A stretch of 33,165 bases of DNA from IMG/VR virus record IMGVR_UViG_3300030099_003764. One strand, 5' to 3'. The notes under the pieces were generated by a model that saw only the letters and a program-made list of their open reading frames with translations, did not search any database and was not told the DNA's origin. The translations under genes were made by a program, and so were the position numbers. The DNA is from an uncultured virus (IMG/VR IMGVR_UViG_3300030099_003764). Taxonomy: Duplodnaviria > Heunggongvirae > Uroviricota > Caudoviricetes. Positions 16,610 through 25,583 of the stretch are shown piece by piece (the stretch's first letter is position 1; every line of letters begins with the position of its first letter).

Positions 16610-19600
16610 ATGTCCTCTTGGAAGTCTATCATAGCAGGTCGTGAAAACGATGTGTATTTTTTACTAAAGGAATTAGTAGAAAATAGAGAAATAGCGAAGG
16701 CTATTGGTGATTTCAAAGGACTATCCGGCCCAAAGAAAGAAGGAGAAGATGAAGAGGATGAGCGTAGTCTTGAAGAAAGACTCAAAGACTTTTCTAAAGA
16801 TAGAGCCGAGCAAAGAACAAAGTTTGAACAACAATTACAATCCTTAGAACGAGGAATTAAAAACAATCAACCTGATTTACAAGATATTGTTAATGAAATC
16901 TTCTTTAGTGATATGATAGTCGGTACGCCAACTTCGGAAACTAAAGGCATTAATTACTTGATAGAACCTAAAACAATAGAAACTCAAACAATCAATACTT
17001 CTGGAGTAAGTTTTCAAGAAAACAAATTCAAGAAAAGAATTAAAGAAACATTAAAAGATTTGTATAGAAGTTCTGATGAAAGAAAAGATGAAGAGTTTTC
17101 AATTACTGATAAACAATTTGATTTGTTTGCAGAAGAAAACTTTGAAAACATTAAACATCATATTAGTAGAGGATTAGCCATATCTTTAGGACTAAGAGCA
17201 AGCCGTAAAGATTTGGAATTAAGTGAAAAAGAGGCAGAAAAAGAAGTAGAGTCGAGAAAAAAATATCTTGAAAAGACTAAAACAGAAAAAAAGGAAAAAT
17301 CTGCTAAACTTGAAAAACAAATAAAAGCCTTAGAAAAACTCGCAAAAGAAAGAGGAAAATTGAAAGCAGATAAAATAACTTCTGTTGTACCAATCATAAA
17401 TGCTACTTATGAAAATGAAGTAGATAATGAAAAAATAGCAGACATATTAGATTTACCTAAAAAACCAATCTTTGATAGTGCTGAAGAAGCAAATGATTTT
17501 ATTGTGTCTTTTAACAAAGTCCAAAGAAAAAGAAATCAATTACAGGCACGACTTAAAAAAATAAAAGACAAAAAAATGTCTAAGGGTAAGTATGAAGAAA
17601 AGGATGAGTTTGCCCAAAGAAAAAGAAAAAGGGATAGAAGCATATCCGGTATGGAAAAAGCGATAACAAGACTAAATAAAACACTTAAAGAAGAAGGAGT
17701 TAAAGTTACTCAAATAAAACAATTTAGAGATTTATTGAGTATGAACTTAGATAGTAAAATAAAGTCTTTGAAAGGAAAATTAGATGGATTAAGCCAAGAA
17801 GTAGAACTTGCAGAAAGAAGAGTAGAATTAGCAGTTTTACGGGCCGCTTCAGTTATTGATGAAGATGACCCTTTGTATAATAAAAAGCGGCAAGAAATGT
17901 TCAAAAACTTAGAAAGGTTAGGAAAAGACATAAAAGTAGATTTATCTAAAAAAGGGATAGAAGATAGAATTAAACAAGAGAATCTCAAAGCGTTTAATTC
18001 AGATAAAAAGAAAGCACTCGAAACTTTTGATAAAACAACAAAGGTCATAGAAGAAAGAATAAAGGCTTCATTTAAGCAAAAAGAAAAGGACAAACTGATA
18101 ACCGAGGGTAAAGAAGAAAGACCACAGGCAAAAGAAAGCGTTGTTTTCTCTGAAATATTTAGTGAAATAGAAGGAAAAACTGCTTTGAAAACTATTAAAG
18201 AATTACTTAATGAAGAAGGATTTAAGCAGTATCTTAGTATATTAGATAAAAAGATAGTAATAGAACCAAAGATTGAAGAAGAACTTGGAGAGAACTTCAA
18301 GGGCCGTTCTAAGTTGGTTACACCAAAAATAGGTGATTTTAAGAGAATGACTCGTAAAGAAAAGAATGACTTCGTTCTTGATAACATGCCTAAGTTTCAA
18401 GGGTATTATACAAGACTTATGGGGGCATTAAATGATTTACAGGCAAAGACACCTACTGAAGATAAAAAAATTACAAAAATCAAAAAATTGATGGAAAGTA
18501 TGCAAGGGAGATTTAAGCGTCTTTCAAGGACAGAAAGAAAGGAAAGGGCAAAAAAATCACCTATTAGATACGGTGCCGATAGAAGTGATGATAAACGGAC
18601 TATGAAAGAAAAATTAGCCGAAGAAGAAAAGCAAATATATCAATACTTCTTTGAAAATGCAAAAGGCATTAAGAATGAAAAACAATTACTAACAAGTGAA
18701 GTAAATAGACCTACAATAACATTTTGGAAGGATTTATCTTCAAACATGGATGCGTTTGCTAAAGCGACATCAAACTATCAAAACAAAGATGATTTCGTAA
18801 AAGCAATTCAATCTTTCATTGGTAAAAATAATCTGCATGTAATAGATATTCTTAATCTAATGGGGACTAAGAGAAATAATAAAATTAGAAGTGATATACT
18901 CACTTCCATACAAAGCAACAAACTTTATCAAGATTTGACAAGGGCTAAGAAAGAAGCACCTACTCGATACAAAAAAGAAACGCTTGAGCAAAAAATTGCA
19001 AGACAAAAGAGAGAGGGAGTACCCGAAAGCAAAATTAAACCAAAAGACCCATTCAAAGAAAGAAGGAAAGCCCTTGCAGAAAAAAGAAAGGAAAAAGAAT
19101 CTATGCTGAAAAGTGTTCCCTCAGAGTCAGAAGTTTTGCAAAGAGCCGCTAAGGAAAAATATCCAGACAAAGACATAAAAGATTTAACAACCGACCAAAT
19201 TAGAGAATTAATAGCAGGTCTAAGTGAAATAGATAAGAAAAAATACTTTGGAAGAAGAAGAAAGGGAGATAGTGAAGAAGGAAGATATTCTCCTGTCGAT
19301 TTTAGAACTGAAGAACAATCTAAAGAATCAAAAGAAAAAAGAATGTTAGATTGGGGCAAGTTAAAATTAGAAGATGCAGTTAAATTAGCAAAGAAGATTA
19401 GGGGTGCTGAAGATTCTGATGATTTCGATACAAGTAAAAAAACACTACATACCCTCTTTACAAAAGAAAAAAGTAAAGAGGATAAGAATAGATTCTTTGC
19501 CTTCGTTGATGTAAATAGAAAGGCCGAAGTAGTTGTTAGAGGATTTTCCTACAAAAAAGGGGATAAAGGCTACAATGAAATAGAAAAGGCCGCAGACAGT

Positions 19601-20536
19601 ATTCTCAAAAACTTAGAGAAAGAAGTTACCTATGAAGGACAGGAAATGACTATACTTGAAGTAATTAATAGAATATCAAGAGGCACTTTCAAATACAAAG
19701 CCGGTAGAGTAGATTCTGACACGAAGGATGATGTGAGAGAACAATTTGGAAAACTTGTTGAAGAAGCAATTAAGAATGTTAAGGTAAAGAAATCCGAACA
19801 ATTCAGAATACCTAAGTTTTTCAAGTCACGAATGAAAGAAGATACTAAAGTTTTCAGAAATGATTTAATGAATATATTTTCTGGTTCAAAGGTAAAAACA
19901 GATGTATCTGGTGTTGGCTCTTTATCTAAGTTTTTTGAGAAAGAAGTAGTAAAAGTAAGTAAAGGAGTCTATGAAATCAATACTAAAATTATTCTTAGTG
20001 TAGACGAAAGAATAAAAGAAATAGGCGACATTTACGAACAAATGAATGCCACTGACAAAATTGAGCGTAAAGAAAAAGATATTGATTCATTAGTAGAAGA
20101 AAAAGAATTAGAACTTTTAATTTACGGAGATAAACAAAAAAGAATAGAAAGATTGGTTCGTGCGCTCAATAGACTTAGAGAAGAACTCACAGTCGGAAAA
20201 GACACTAAAATAAGACTTTTGGGAGAAGCCGCAGAAAAAATAAATGAAAAGATTGATTCAATGGTTGAATTAGAAGAGGGTAGTCCTAAATATGAAGCCA
20301 CAAAGTTTGTCGTCAATTTTATGCAAGATTCTGCTGATAGGATTCAAGAAGAAATTAAAGAAATACAAAGCAAAGAAGGCGAAGAACAAAAATTACTTGA
20401 CAAAATAGAGAAAGTGAGAAAGGAACAAGAAGAAGAACTTGCCTTATTTAGAAGAATGGTAGAAGCAAAAAGAGAAGGCAGACTCAAACAGGGTAAAGGA
20501 AGAATTACAATAAAACCGAAGGAGGAAAAGGAATGA
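16610..20536 (+). CDS. Very large K/E/R-rich coiled-coil protein (1308 aa)
   Basis: Long ORF with AGGTGAT RBS; starts MSSWKSII. Confidence 0.85.
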   Translation: MSSWKSIIAGRENDVYFLLKELVENREIAKAIGDFKGLSGPKKEGEDEEDERSLEERLKDFSKDRAEQRTKFEQQLQSLERGIKNNQPDLQDIVNEIFFSDMIVGTPTSETKGINYLIEPKTIETQTINTSGVSFQENKFKKRIKETLKDLYRSSDERKDEEFSITDKQFDLFAEENFENIKHHISRGLAISLGLRASRKDLELSEKEAEKEVESRKKYLEKTKTEKKEKSAKLEKQIKALEKLAKERGKLKADKITSVVPIINATYENEVDNEKIADILDLPKKPIFDSAEEANDFIVSFNKVQRKRNQLQARLKKIKDKKMSKGKYEEKDEFAQRKRKRDRSISGMEKAITRLNKTLKEEGVKVTQIKQFRDLLSMNLDSKIKSLKGKLDGLSQEVELAERRVELAVLRAASVIDEDDPLYNKKRQEMFKNLERLGKDIKVDLSKKGIEDRIKQENLKAFNSDKKKALETFDKTTKVIEERIKASFKQKEKDKLITEGKEERPQAKESVVFSEIFSEIEGKTALKTIKELLNEEGFKQYLSILDKKIVIEPKIEEELGENFKGRSKLVTPKIGDFKRMTRKEKNDFVLDNMPKFQGYYTRLMGALNDLQAKTPTEDKKITKIKKLMESMQGRFKRLSRTERKERAKKSPIRYGADRSDDKRTMKEKLAEEEKQIYQYFFENAKGIKNEKQLLTSEVNRPTITFWKDLSSNMDAFAKATSNYQNKDDFVKAIQSFIGKNNLHVIDILNLMGTKRNNKIRSDILTSIQSNKLYQDLTRAKKEAPTRYKKETLEQKIARQKREGVPESKIKPKDPFKERRKALAEKRKEKESMLKSVPSESEVLQRAAKEKYPDKDIKDLTTDQIRELIAGLSEIDKKKYFGRRRKGDSEEGRYSPVDFRTEEQSKESKEKRMLDWGKLKLEDAVKLAKKIRGAEDSDDFDTSKKTLHTLFTKEKSKEDKNRFFAFVDVNRKAEVVVRGFSYKKGDKGYNEIEKAADSILKNLEKEVTYEGQEMTILEVINRISRGTFKYKAGRVDSDTKDDVREQFGKLVEEAIKNVKVKKSEQFRIPKFFKSRMKEDTKVFRNDLMNIFSGSKVKTDVSGVGSLSKFFEKEVVKVSKGVYEINTKIILSVDERIKEIGDIYEQMNATDKIERKEKDIDSLVEEKELELLIYGDKQKRIERLVRALNRLREELTVGKDTKIRLLGEAAEKINEKIDSMVELEEGSPKYEATKFVVNFMQDSADRIQEEIKEIQSKEGEEQKLLDKIEKVRKEQEEELALFRRMVEAKREGRLKQGKGRITIKPKEEKE

Positions 20537-20895
20537 CATGGGATTTTTATGATAGTGGCGAAGAGTTTATTCTAAAAGCCAAAAAAGAAGAACCAAAAAC
20601 TATTCTAAATAGTTTAGATAAAAAGCAAACAAAGAGGCTCAAAAAGACATTACAGGCGGCTGAACCAACGGAGTTTTTCGGCCAAGACTTTACAAAGATG
20701 GGTGACTTGATTGATGTTCTAAAAGACTTAGACTTGATGAAGTCCGACAAGAAACTTAGTAAGCGTATAAAAAGTATGGATGAACGCAATCTTGATATTG
20801 TAGCCACTGCTACGAAACTTCGTAAGGACTACGAAACCTTGTATCGACAACTTCGGGAAATGGTATATCCAAAGAAAAAGGGTGATTCGGAATGA
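20533..20895 (+). CDS. Hypothetical helical protein (MTWDFYD...FILKA)
   Basis: GGAGG RBS; ATGA overlap. Confidence 0.8.
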   Translation: MTWDFYDSGEEFILKAKKEEPKTILNSLDKKQTKRLKKTLQAAEPTEFFGQDFTKMGDLIDVLKDLDLMKSDKKLSKRIKSMDERNLDIVATATKLRKDYETLYRQLREMVYPKKKGDSE

Positions 20896-21116
20896 CTTGG
20901 TGGAACATAATCAAAGCAAAAGGAATAAGCAGTGGTGGTGGAAAAAAGTCACCACCGAGAAAGCCATCTAAGAAAAAAGGCGGTAGAACCATACAAGGCG
21001 GTACTTACGAAGCGGCTATGAATAATCTATCATTAGAATATTCTAAAGGTAAAATGACTGTTAATCAGTATGTTCGTGAAAAGAAAAAGATTCAAAAGAA
21101 GTTTGGGAAGGATTAA
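20892..21116 (+). CDS. Small basic protein with MTWWNIIK tag
   Basis: GGGTGAT RBS; ATGA overlap. Confidence 0.75.
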   Translation: MTWWNIIKAKGISSGGGKKSPPRKPSKKKGGRTIQGGTYEAAMNNLSLEYSKGKMTVNQYVREKKKIQKKFGKD

Positions 21117-21118
21117 AA

Positions 21119-21358
21119 ATGACAGAAGTGAATGAAGATGTATTGGCTATACTAAAAGCCTTAACAGAAAAAATAGAACAGTTAGAACAAACTGTTTATC
21201 ATAAGGATAATCTATTGATGAAGTCTGGTCTTGTTGTAGCAACAAGTCCAAGCCCAAAGATGAATAATTCTATTGGCGGTGCTTCTGCTATTGGAGATAT
21301 TTCAAGTATGGAATGGTCTGATATTCATAAAATGGTTGAAAAGATAGGTGGACAATAA
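21119..21358 (+). CDS. Small scaffold-like protein sharing its C-terminal motif with the protease/scaffold
   Basis: Coiled-coil N-terminus; ends DISSMEWSDIHKMVEKI versus scaffold DIASMDWSDIHKMVNNI. Confidence 0.75.
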   Translation: MTEVNEDVLAILKALTEKIEQLEQTVYHKDNLLMKSGLVVATSPSPKMNNSIGGASAIGDISSMEWSDIHKMVEKIGGQ

Positions 21359-21747
21359 TGCCGGAAAGAGTAACAAAAGAGGAAAGGCTTGTTAGTCTTG
21401 CTATTGAAAAAGCAAGAAAGGTAAAGCAAGAACTGAATGCTAAAAATGTAGAACCTACTCAAGTTAGGGTTGTAGAAACCGACCCCGAACCTGTAAAGAT
21501 AAAGAGGCCTAAAGCAGTTAATGTAAAGGTTGAGAATCAAACTCAGGATAAAGAAGGATATGGTCTTGGTGGAGAAACTACTGAGCATAAAATCAAGAAA
21601 TCAGCACTTCAAGGAATGCTTGCTGATATTAATGGTATGTGTTCAAGGATTCAAAGTGTGGCAAAACAATATGCTAGTGATAATAATAGAAACGCATTAA
21701 AGCCTATGATGGAAGATTTGTCGGATATTGTTAGAATGTATAAGTGA
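21358..21747 (+). CDS. Hypothetical protein
   Basis: TAATG overlap; AGGTGG RBS. Confidence 0.75.
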   Translation: MPERVTKEERLVSLAIEKARKVKQELNAKNVEPTQVRVVETDPEPVKIKRPKAVNVKVENQTQDKEGYGLGGETTEHKIKKSALQGMLADINGMCSRIQSVAKQYASDNNRNALKPMMEDLSDIVRMYK

Positions 21748-21753
21748 TGCTCT

Positions 21754-24291
21754 ATGCCTAAAACCGGCCTTCTATTTGAGAAGGGTAAAGCCTCTAATGA
21801 AATCCTTCAATGTTTTGAAAGGGTAAGAGTCGCTTATCTTTCTGCAAGAACCGACCCTAAAGAGTACGGTTCAAAATGGAGAAGTGCCGTTGAATATCTT
21901 AGAGATAACTACGATGATTCAGACGAGTTTGGAGAAGAGTTGAAAAAGTACATTGATTCTAAAGACTTAGAAAATGAAGATGCTTTAGATGTTACCACCA
22001 CTATTGCTGAAAAGGTGTACGAATCAGTAAAAAGAATGAGATATGCTTCTGAGCAAGTTTCTGACCCTTTCTCTAAAAACTTCAAGGATAATGTTCTTGA
22101 AGCATTATTAGAATCACCTGAAACAATGGTTAAATTTGTGCATTATGCTATGAGAAATGACAATAAGGCACTTAATCCATCCATTTACAGCGTTAAAGAC
22201 ATGGAACCTGACACCATTACAGACGGTCTTATGGGTCTTGACCTACAAGTGGAGGATATACCCCTGTATATTATCGAACACTATGGGGATGGAAAAGACT
22301 CAAAGAAGGTAGAAAAGAAAGTAAAGGCCGCACTTAATATGTTGGAGTTACTCTTCTTTTCTAAACATAGCGAAGAAGAATGGGAAGAGTTAGAGGATAT
22401 TGATATGGAATCTGAAACTCCCAAAAAGATGATACAGAAGTCTGAAACACAGAAGGGCAAAACTGATTTCATAACGCCTAACAAACCTATGTATAGAATA
22501 TTTGATATTGATGATATTAATGAATTAAAAGGATTTAGTGGAGAATGGGTTGTTCAAGAAAAGTATGATGGTATGAGAATACAACTGCATAAAATAGATG
22601 ATAACATTAAGGTATATTCTTACAATGAAAAGGACATCACGGATAAATGTAAAAACATAGTGGATGCTCTAAAGAAGAAGCATTTCGGTGATTGCATATT
22701 AGATGGTGAATTGATATTGTTTAATGGTGAAGATGCACTTCATAGAGCAGATACAATTGCTCATGTGTTTAAGGACAAATATCCTGATGCTAAACTAAAA
22801 GCACATATGTTTGACATTATGCGACACAATGAGAAGTCTGTTGCTGATGAACCGTTAAGTGATAGAATGAATATTATGTTCAATAATTATTCTGTTCATT
22901 CAAGTGAATACTTAAACTTCCCTTCAAAGAAAGATACTCGTATGGCTGATTCAATTAAGGACATAGAAAACTATTCAAAAGAAATCATGGATATGCCAAC
23001 TTCTGAAGGTGTAGTAATTAAGGATGCTACTTCTACTTATTATATAGGAACACGAAAGAATCCTAAATGGATTAAGTGGAAAAAGTTTGTTGATTTAGAT
23101 GTTATTGTATTAGATAAGAAGAGAACAAAGAGCAATCTTTATTCCTATACTCTTGGTATTGATATTGGCCCCACTGAAGAAGAGGCTAAACATATTAAAG
23201 AATTAGATGGCAAAAAGTACATGAATGTTGGAAAGGCACTCAATACTAAAATTGCCGTTGATGTCGGAGATATTATTAGAGTTAAAGTAGATGAAGTAAA
23301 GAAGAAAGGAGAAGTATATTCCCTTTATTCAGCAAAAGTAATAGAAGTACCGGAGGTTGAAATGCCGGATAAATTAGTCACATTAGAGATGCTATCAAAA
23401 GATACAAAGAAATCTCTTAATTATGATGTGAAAGCATTAGAGAAAGGAGTATCTATTACTGATTATATTCATGGTGAAGCGTCTGTTATCATTAAAGGAG
23501 ATATGGATGGCTTTACTATTTATGGTTTTGATGAACATAACTTAATGGCTAAGAATGCGCTTGCTGATTTAGACCTATGGAAAAATCAAGCAGAAGAAAT
23601 AATGAAAACTAAACAGTCAAGATTAACTGTTGCTACATTTCAATTCCTAAAAGAAAAAGGGCCAAAGACACCAAAAGAAGTACACTTATTCCTAAAGAAG
23701 AATCATGCAGATATTTACGAAGATATATTAGAAAGTAAATTAGCAAGGGTACAGAAATGGATGAACATGAGAGATGGTATCACTTATGATAAAAAAGAAA
23801 AGAAATTAATGGCTGACCCTGACAAGATTATGATGGATGATGATATTAAAAAATATAAAACTCCTAAAGAATACCAAGAAGGTAATTTCAAAATATACTT
23901 GAGGGATGATGAAAACCTAAACTTAGTCATTAAGTTAGAAGATGAAACTATTAATTGGCTTATTGATTTAGAAAAAGACGATGATATTTTCAGATTATTT
24001 GGAAAGGCTAACAAATACCCTGCTCAAGTAGCACAGAACATATCTAAGAAGAAGGTTATTGATTCCGGCAAAATCAGATTAGGTGTTCAGAAAACAGGCT
24101 ACCATGAATACTTCTTAGAGGGTAATAAGTTTGAAACTAAGATGCACTTCAGAGTGATTGATACTGATGATAAGACTATGTGGTTAGCATGGACGGGCTA
24201 TAAACAGAAACCTGCTGATAAAGAAGGCGATTCCGGTTTATGGAATATCTATGAAGATAGGTACTCTAAACTGCCATTACCGGAAAAATAA
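21754..24291 (+). CDS. lig: ATP-dependent DNA ligase with extra N- and C-terminal domains
   Basis: Motif I VVQEKYDGMR, III ILDGEL, IIIa MFDIM, IV EGVVIK, V WIKWKK, then OB fold. Confidence 0.92.
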   Translation: MPKTGLLFEKGKASNEILQCFERVRVAYLSARTDPKEYGSKWRSAVEYLRDNYDDSDEFGEELKKYIDSKDLENEDALDVTTTIAEKVYESVKRMRYASEQVSDPFSKNFKDNVLEALLESPETMVKFVHYAMRNDNKALNPSIYSVKDMEPDTITDGLMGLDLQVEDIPLYIIEHYGDGKDSKKVEKKVKAALNMLELLFFSKHSEEEWEELEDIDMESETPKKMIQKSETQKGKTDFITPNKPMYRIFDIDDINELKGFSGEWVVQEKYDGMRIQLHKIDDNIKVYSYNEKDITDKCKNIVDALKKKHFGDCILDGELILFNGEDALHRADTIAHVFKDKYPDAKLKAHMFDIMRHNEKSVADEPLSDRMNIMFNNYSVHSSEYLNFPSKKDTRMADSIKDIENYSKEIMDMPTSEGVVIKDATSTYYIGTRKNPKWIKWKKFVDLDVIVLDKKRTKSNLYSYTLGIDIGPTEEEAKHIKELDGKKYMNVGKALNTKIAVDVGDIIRVKVDEVKKKGEVYSLYSAKVIEVPEVEMPDKLVTLEMLSKDTKKSLNYDVKALEKGVSITDYIHGEASVIIKGDMDGFTIYGFDEHNLMAKNALADLDLWKNQAEEIMKTKQSRLTVATFQFLKEKGPKTPKEVHLFLKKNHADIYEDILESKLARVQKWMNMRDGITYDKKEKKLMADPDKIMMDDDIKKYKTPKEYQEGNFKIYLRDDENLNLVIKLEDETINWLIDLEKDDDIFRLFGKANKYPAQVAQNISKKKVIDSGKIRLGVQKTGYHEYFLEGNKFETKMHFRVIDTDDKTMWLAWTGYKQKPADKEGDSGLWNIYEDRYSKLPLPEK

Positions 24292-24295
24292 CCGA

Positions 24296-24308
24296 TTTTA
24301 TTATATAG
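24296..24308 (+). promoter_or_regulatory. Possible archaeal TATA-box promoter for the head genes
   Basis: TTTTATTATATAG in one of the few intergenic gaps, about 30-40 nt upstream of the protease start. Confidence 0.35.
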
Positions 24309-24337
24309 TGAAAGAAGTACAAGGGAGGATGAAAGAC

Positions 24338-25573
24338 ATGAGCATAAGTGTCATGGCAACAAGGAACGATGATTTTCATATTCTAAAAAGCCAAGACGAT
24401 TTGATGATAGGAGGATATGCAAGTATTGAAGTCGTGGATAAACAAAACGATTTAATTACACTAAAAGCATTACAAACCGCCGTAAAAAAATTCATGGAAG
24501 ATAAAAAGTTTAGAAATGTAATGACAAATCATTCAAATGTTCAAGTTGGAGAAGTTGTAGACTCTTATAGAGATAAAAGTGGAAAACTATGGAAATCAGA
24601 AGTAGATGATGTAGGGTTCTTTGTAGTAATTAAATTAAGAGATGACATAGAAAAAGCCAAAGAGGTTGGAAGAGGTATTCGCAAAGGCACATTAAGGTCT
24701 TTTAGCATAGGTGGACAAGCATTACAAAAAGTAAAGAAAAGCCACAGTGAATTAGGGGAGTATAACGAGATAAGCAAATTAGAACTCCATGAAGTAACAA
24801 TATGTGAAAAAGGCATTAATCCCGAAGCGAAGTTTGATATTCTGAAACAAGATATTGGAGATGAAAAAATGAGTGATAAACTTGAAAAGGCACTTGACGA
24901 ACTTGATGTTCTTTTGAAAGAAGTCGAGATGTTGAGAGATAATGAAAAGGGCGACGAGGAAATGGCTGAATACGCCGATGAATCTGAAATGACTGAAATG
25001 ACTGAAATGGCTGATGAAATGATGGAAAGAGCCGATGATGATGATGGTGATGAAGATGCTAAAGAAGCAGGTGACTATGATAAGCAAATGACTTCTGATA
25101 AGGCATACCTTCGTACTCTTGATGGTGCTGGAAACCAAATTGGTGAACCAGCAGATAGAATCGTCATTAACAACGGAAAGCCAACTGCTTCCGATATGCC
25201 TGTTGTAAAGGCATTTGACAACAATGAGTTTGATACACTAAACCTATCAAATGCAAACATTGAGAAGGCTTACGAAGCATTCCGTCAAGAACAACTTGAA
25301 GCACTTGCATACGATAATCTTCGCAAGTCCTTTGAATCTCGATTTGAGAAAGAAGTTGCAAACCGTGAGAATATTCTCGCAAAGTCGCAATATGACGCAC
25401 AGGCTGAAATTGCTTCCATTAAAGAAGAGTTTAGCGAATTGAGAAAATCTCTTACTGCTGAAAAGGAAACTATCCTAAAGGCACAAGAAGAGTCAGTAAT
25501 TAAGATGCCAAGCATTGATGATATTGCATCAATGGATTGGTCTGATATTCACAAAATGGTGAACAATATTTGA
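24338..25573 (+). CDS. Prohead (maturation) protease fused to scaffold domain
   Basis: HK97-type protease motifs IGGYASIEVVDKQND, MTNHSNVQVG, LRSFSIGG, LHEVTICEKGINPEAKF; acidic and coiled-coil C-terminal half; GGAGG at 24324-24328 favours ATG 24338. Confidence 0.9.
   Translation: MSISVMATRNDDFHILKSQDDLMIGGYASIEVVDKQNDLITLKALQTAVKKFMEDKKFRNVMTNHSNVQVGEVVDSYRDKSGKLWKSEVDDVGFFVVIKLRDDIEKAKEVGRGIRKGTLRSFSIGGQALQKVKKSHSELGEYNEISKLELHEVTICEKGINPEAKFDILKQDIGDEKMSDKLEKALDELDVLLKEVEMLRDNEKGDEEMAEYADESEMTEMTEMADEMMERADDDDGDEDAKEAGDYDKQMTSDKAYLRTLDGAGNQIGEPADRIVINNGKPTASDMPVVKAFDNNEFDTLNLSNANIEKAYEAFRQEQLEALAYDNLRKSFESRFEKEVANRENILAKSQYDAQAEIASIKEEFSELRKSLTAEKETILKAQEESVIKMPSIDDIASMDWSDIHKMVNNI
24984..25014 (+). 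repeat. 9-nt tandem repeat CTGAAATGA x3 (EMT-EMT-EMA) in scaffold linker
   Basis: ctgaaatga ctgaaatga ctgaaatgg ctga. Confidence 0.7.
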
Positions 25574-25583
25574 GGTGATTAAG

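Noticed and set aside
16610..20536. Tape measure protein or SMC ATPase
   Set aside because: No Walker motifs seen; composition and gene position do not fit a tape measure.
25251..25442. Alternative-frame + strand ORF inside the scaffold
   Set aside because: Fully nested, with no evident RBS or recognisable features.
21308..25560. 29-nt repeat pair as a diversity-generating retroelement TR/VR
   Set aside because: Too short, mismatches are not adenine-specific, and there is no reverse transcriptase; better explained by a shared peptide.
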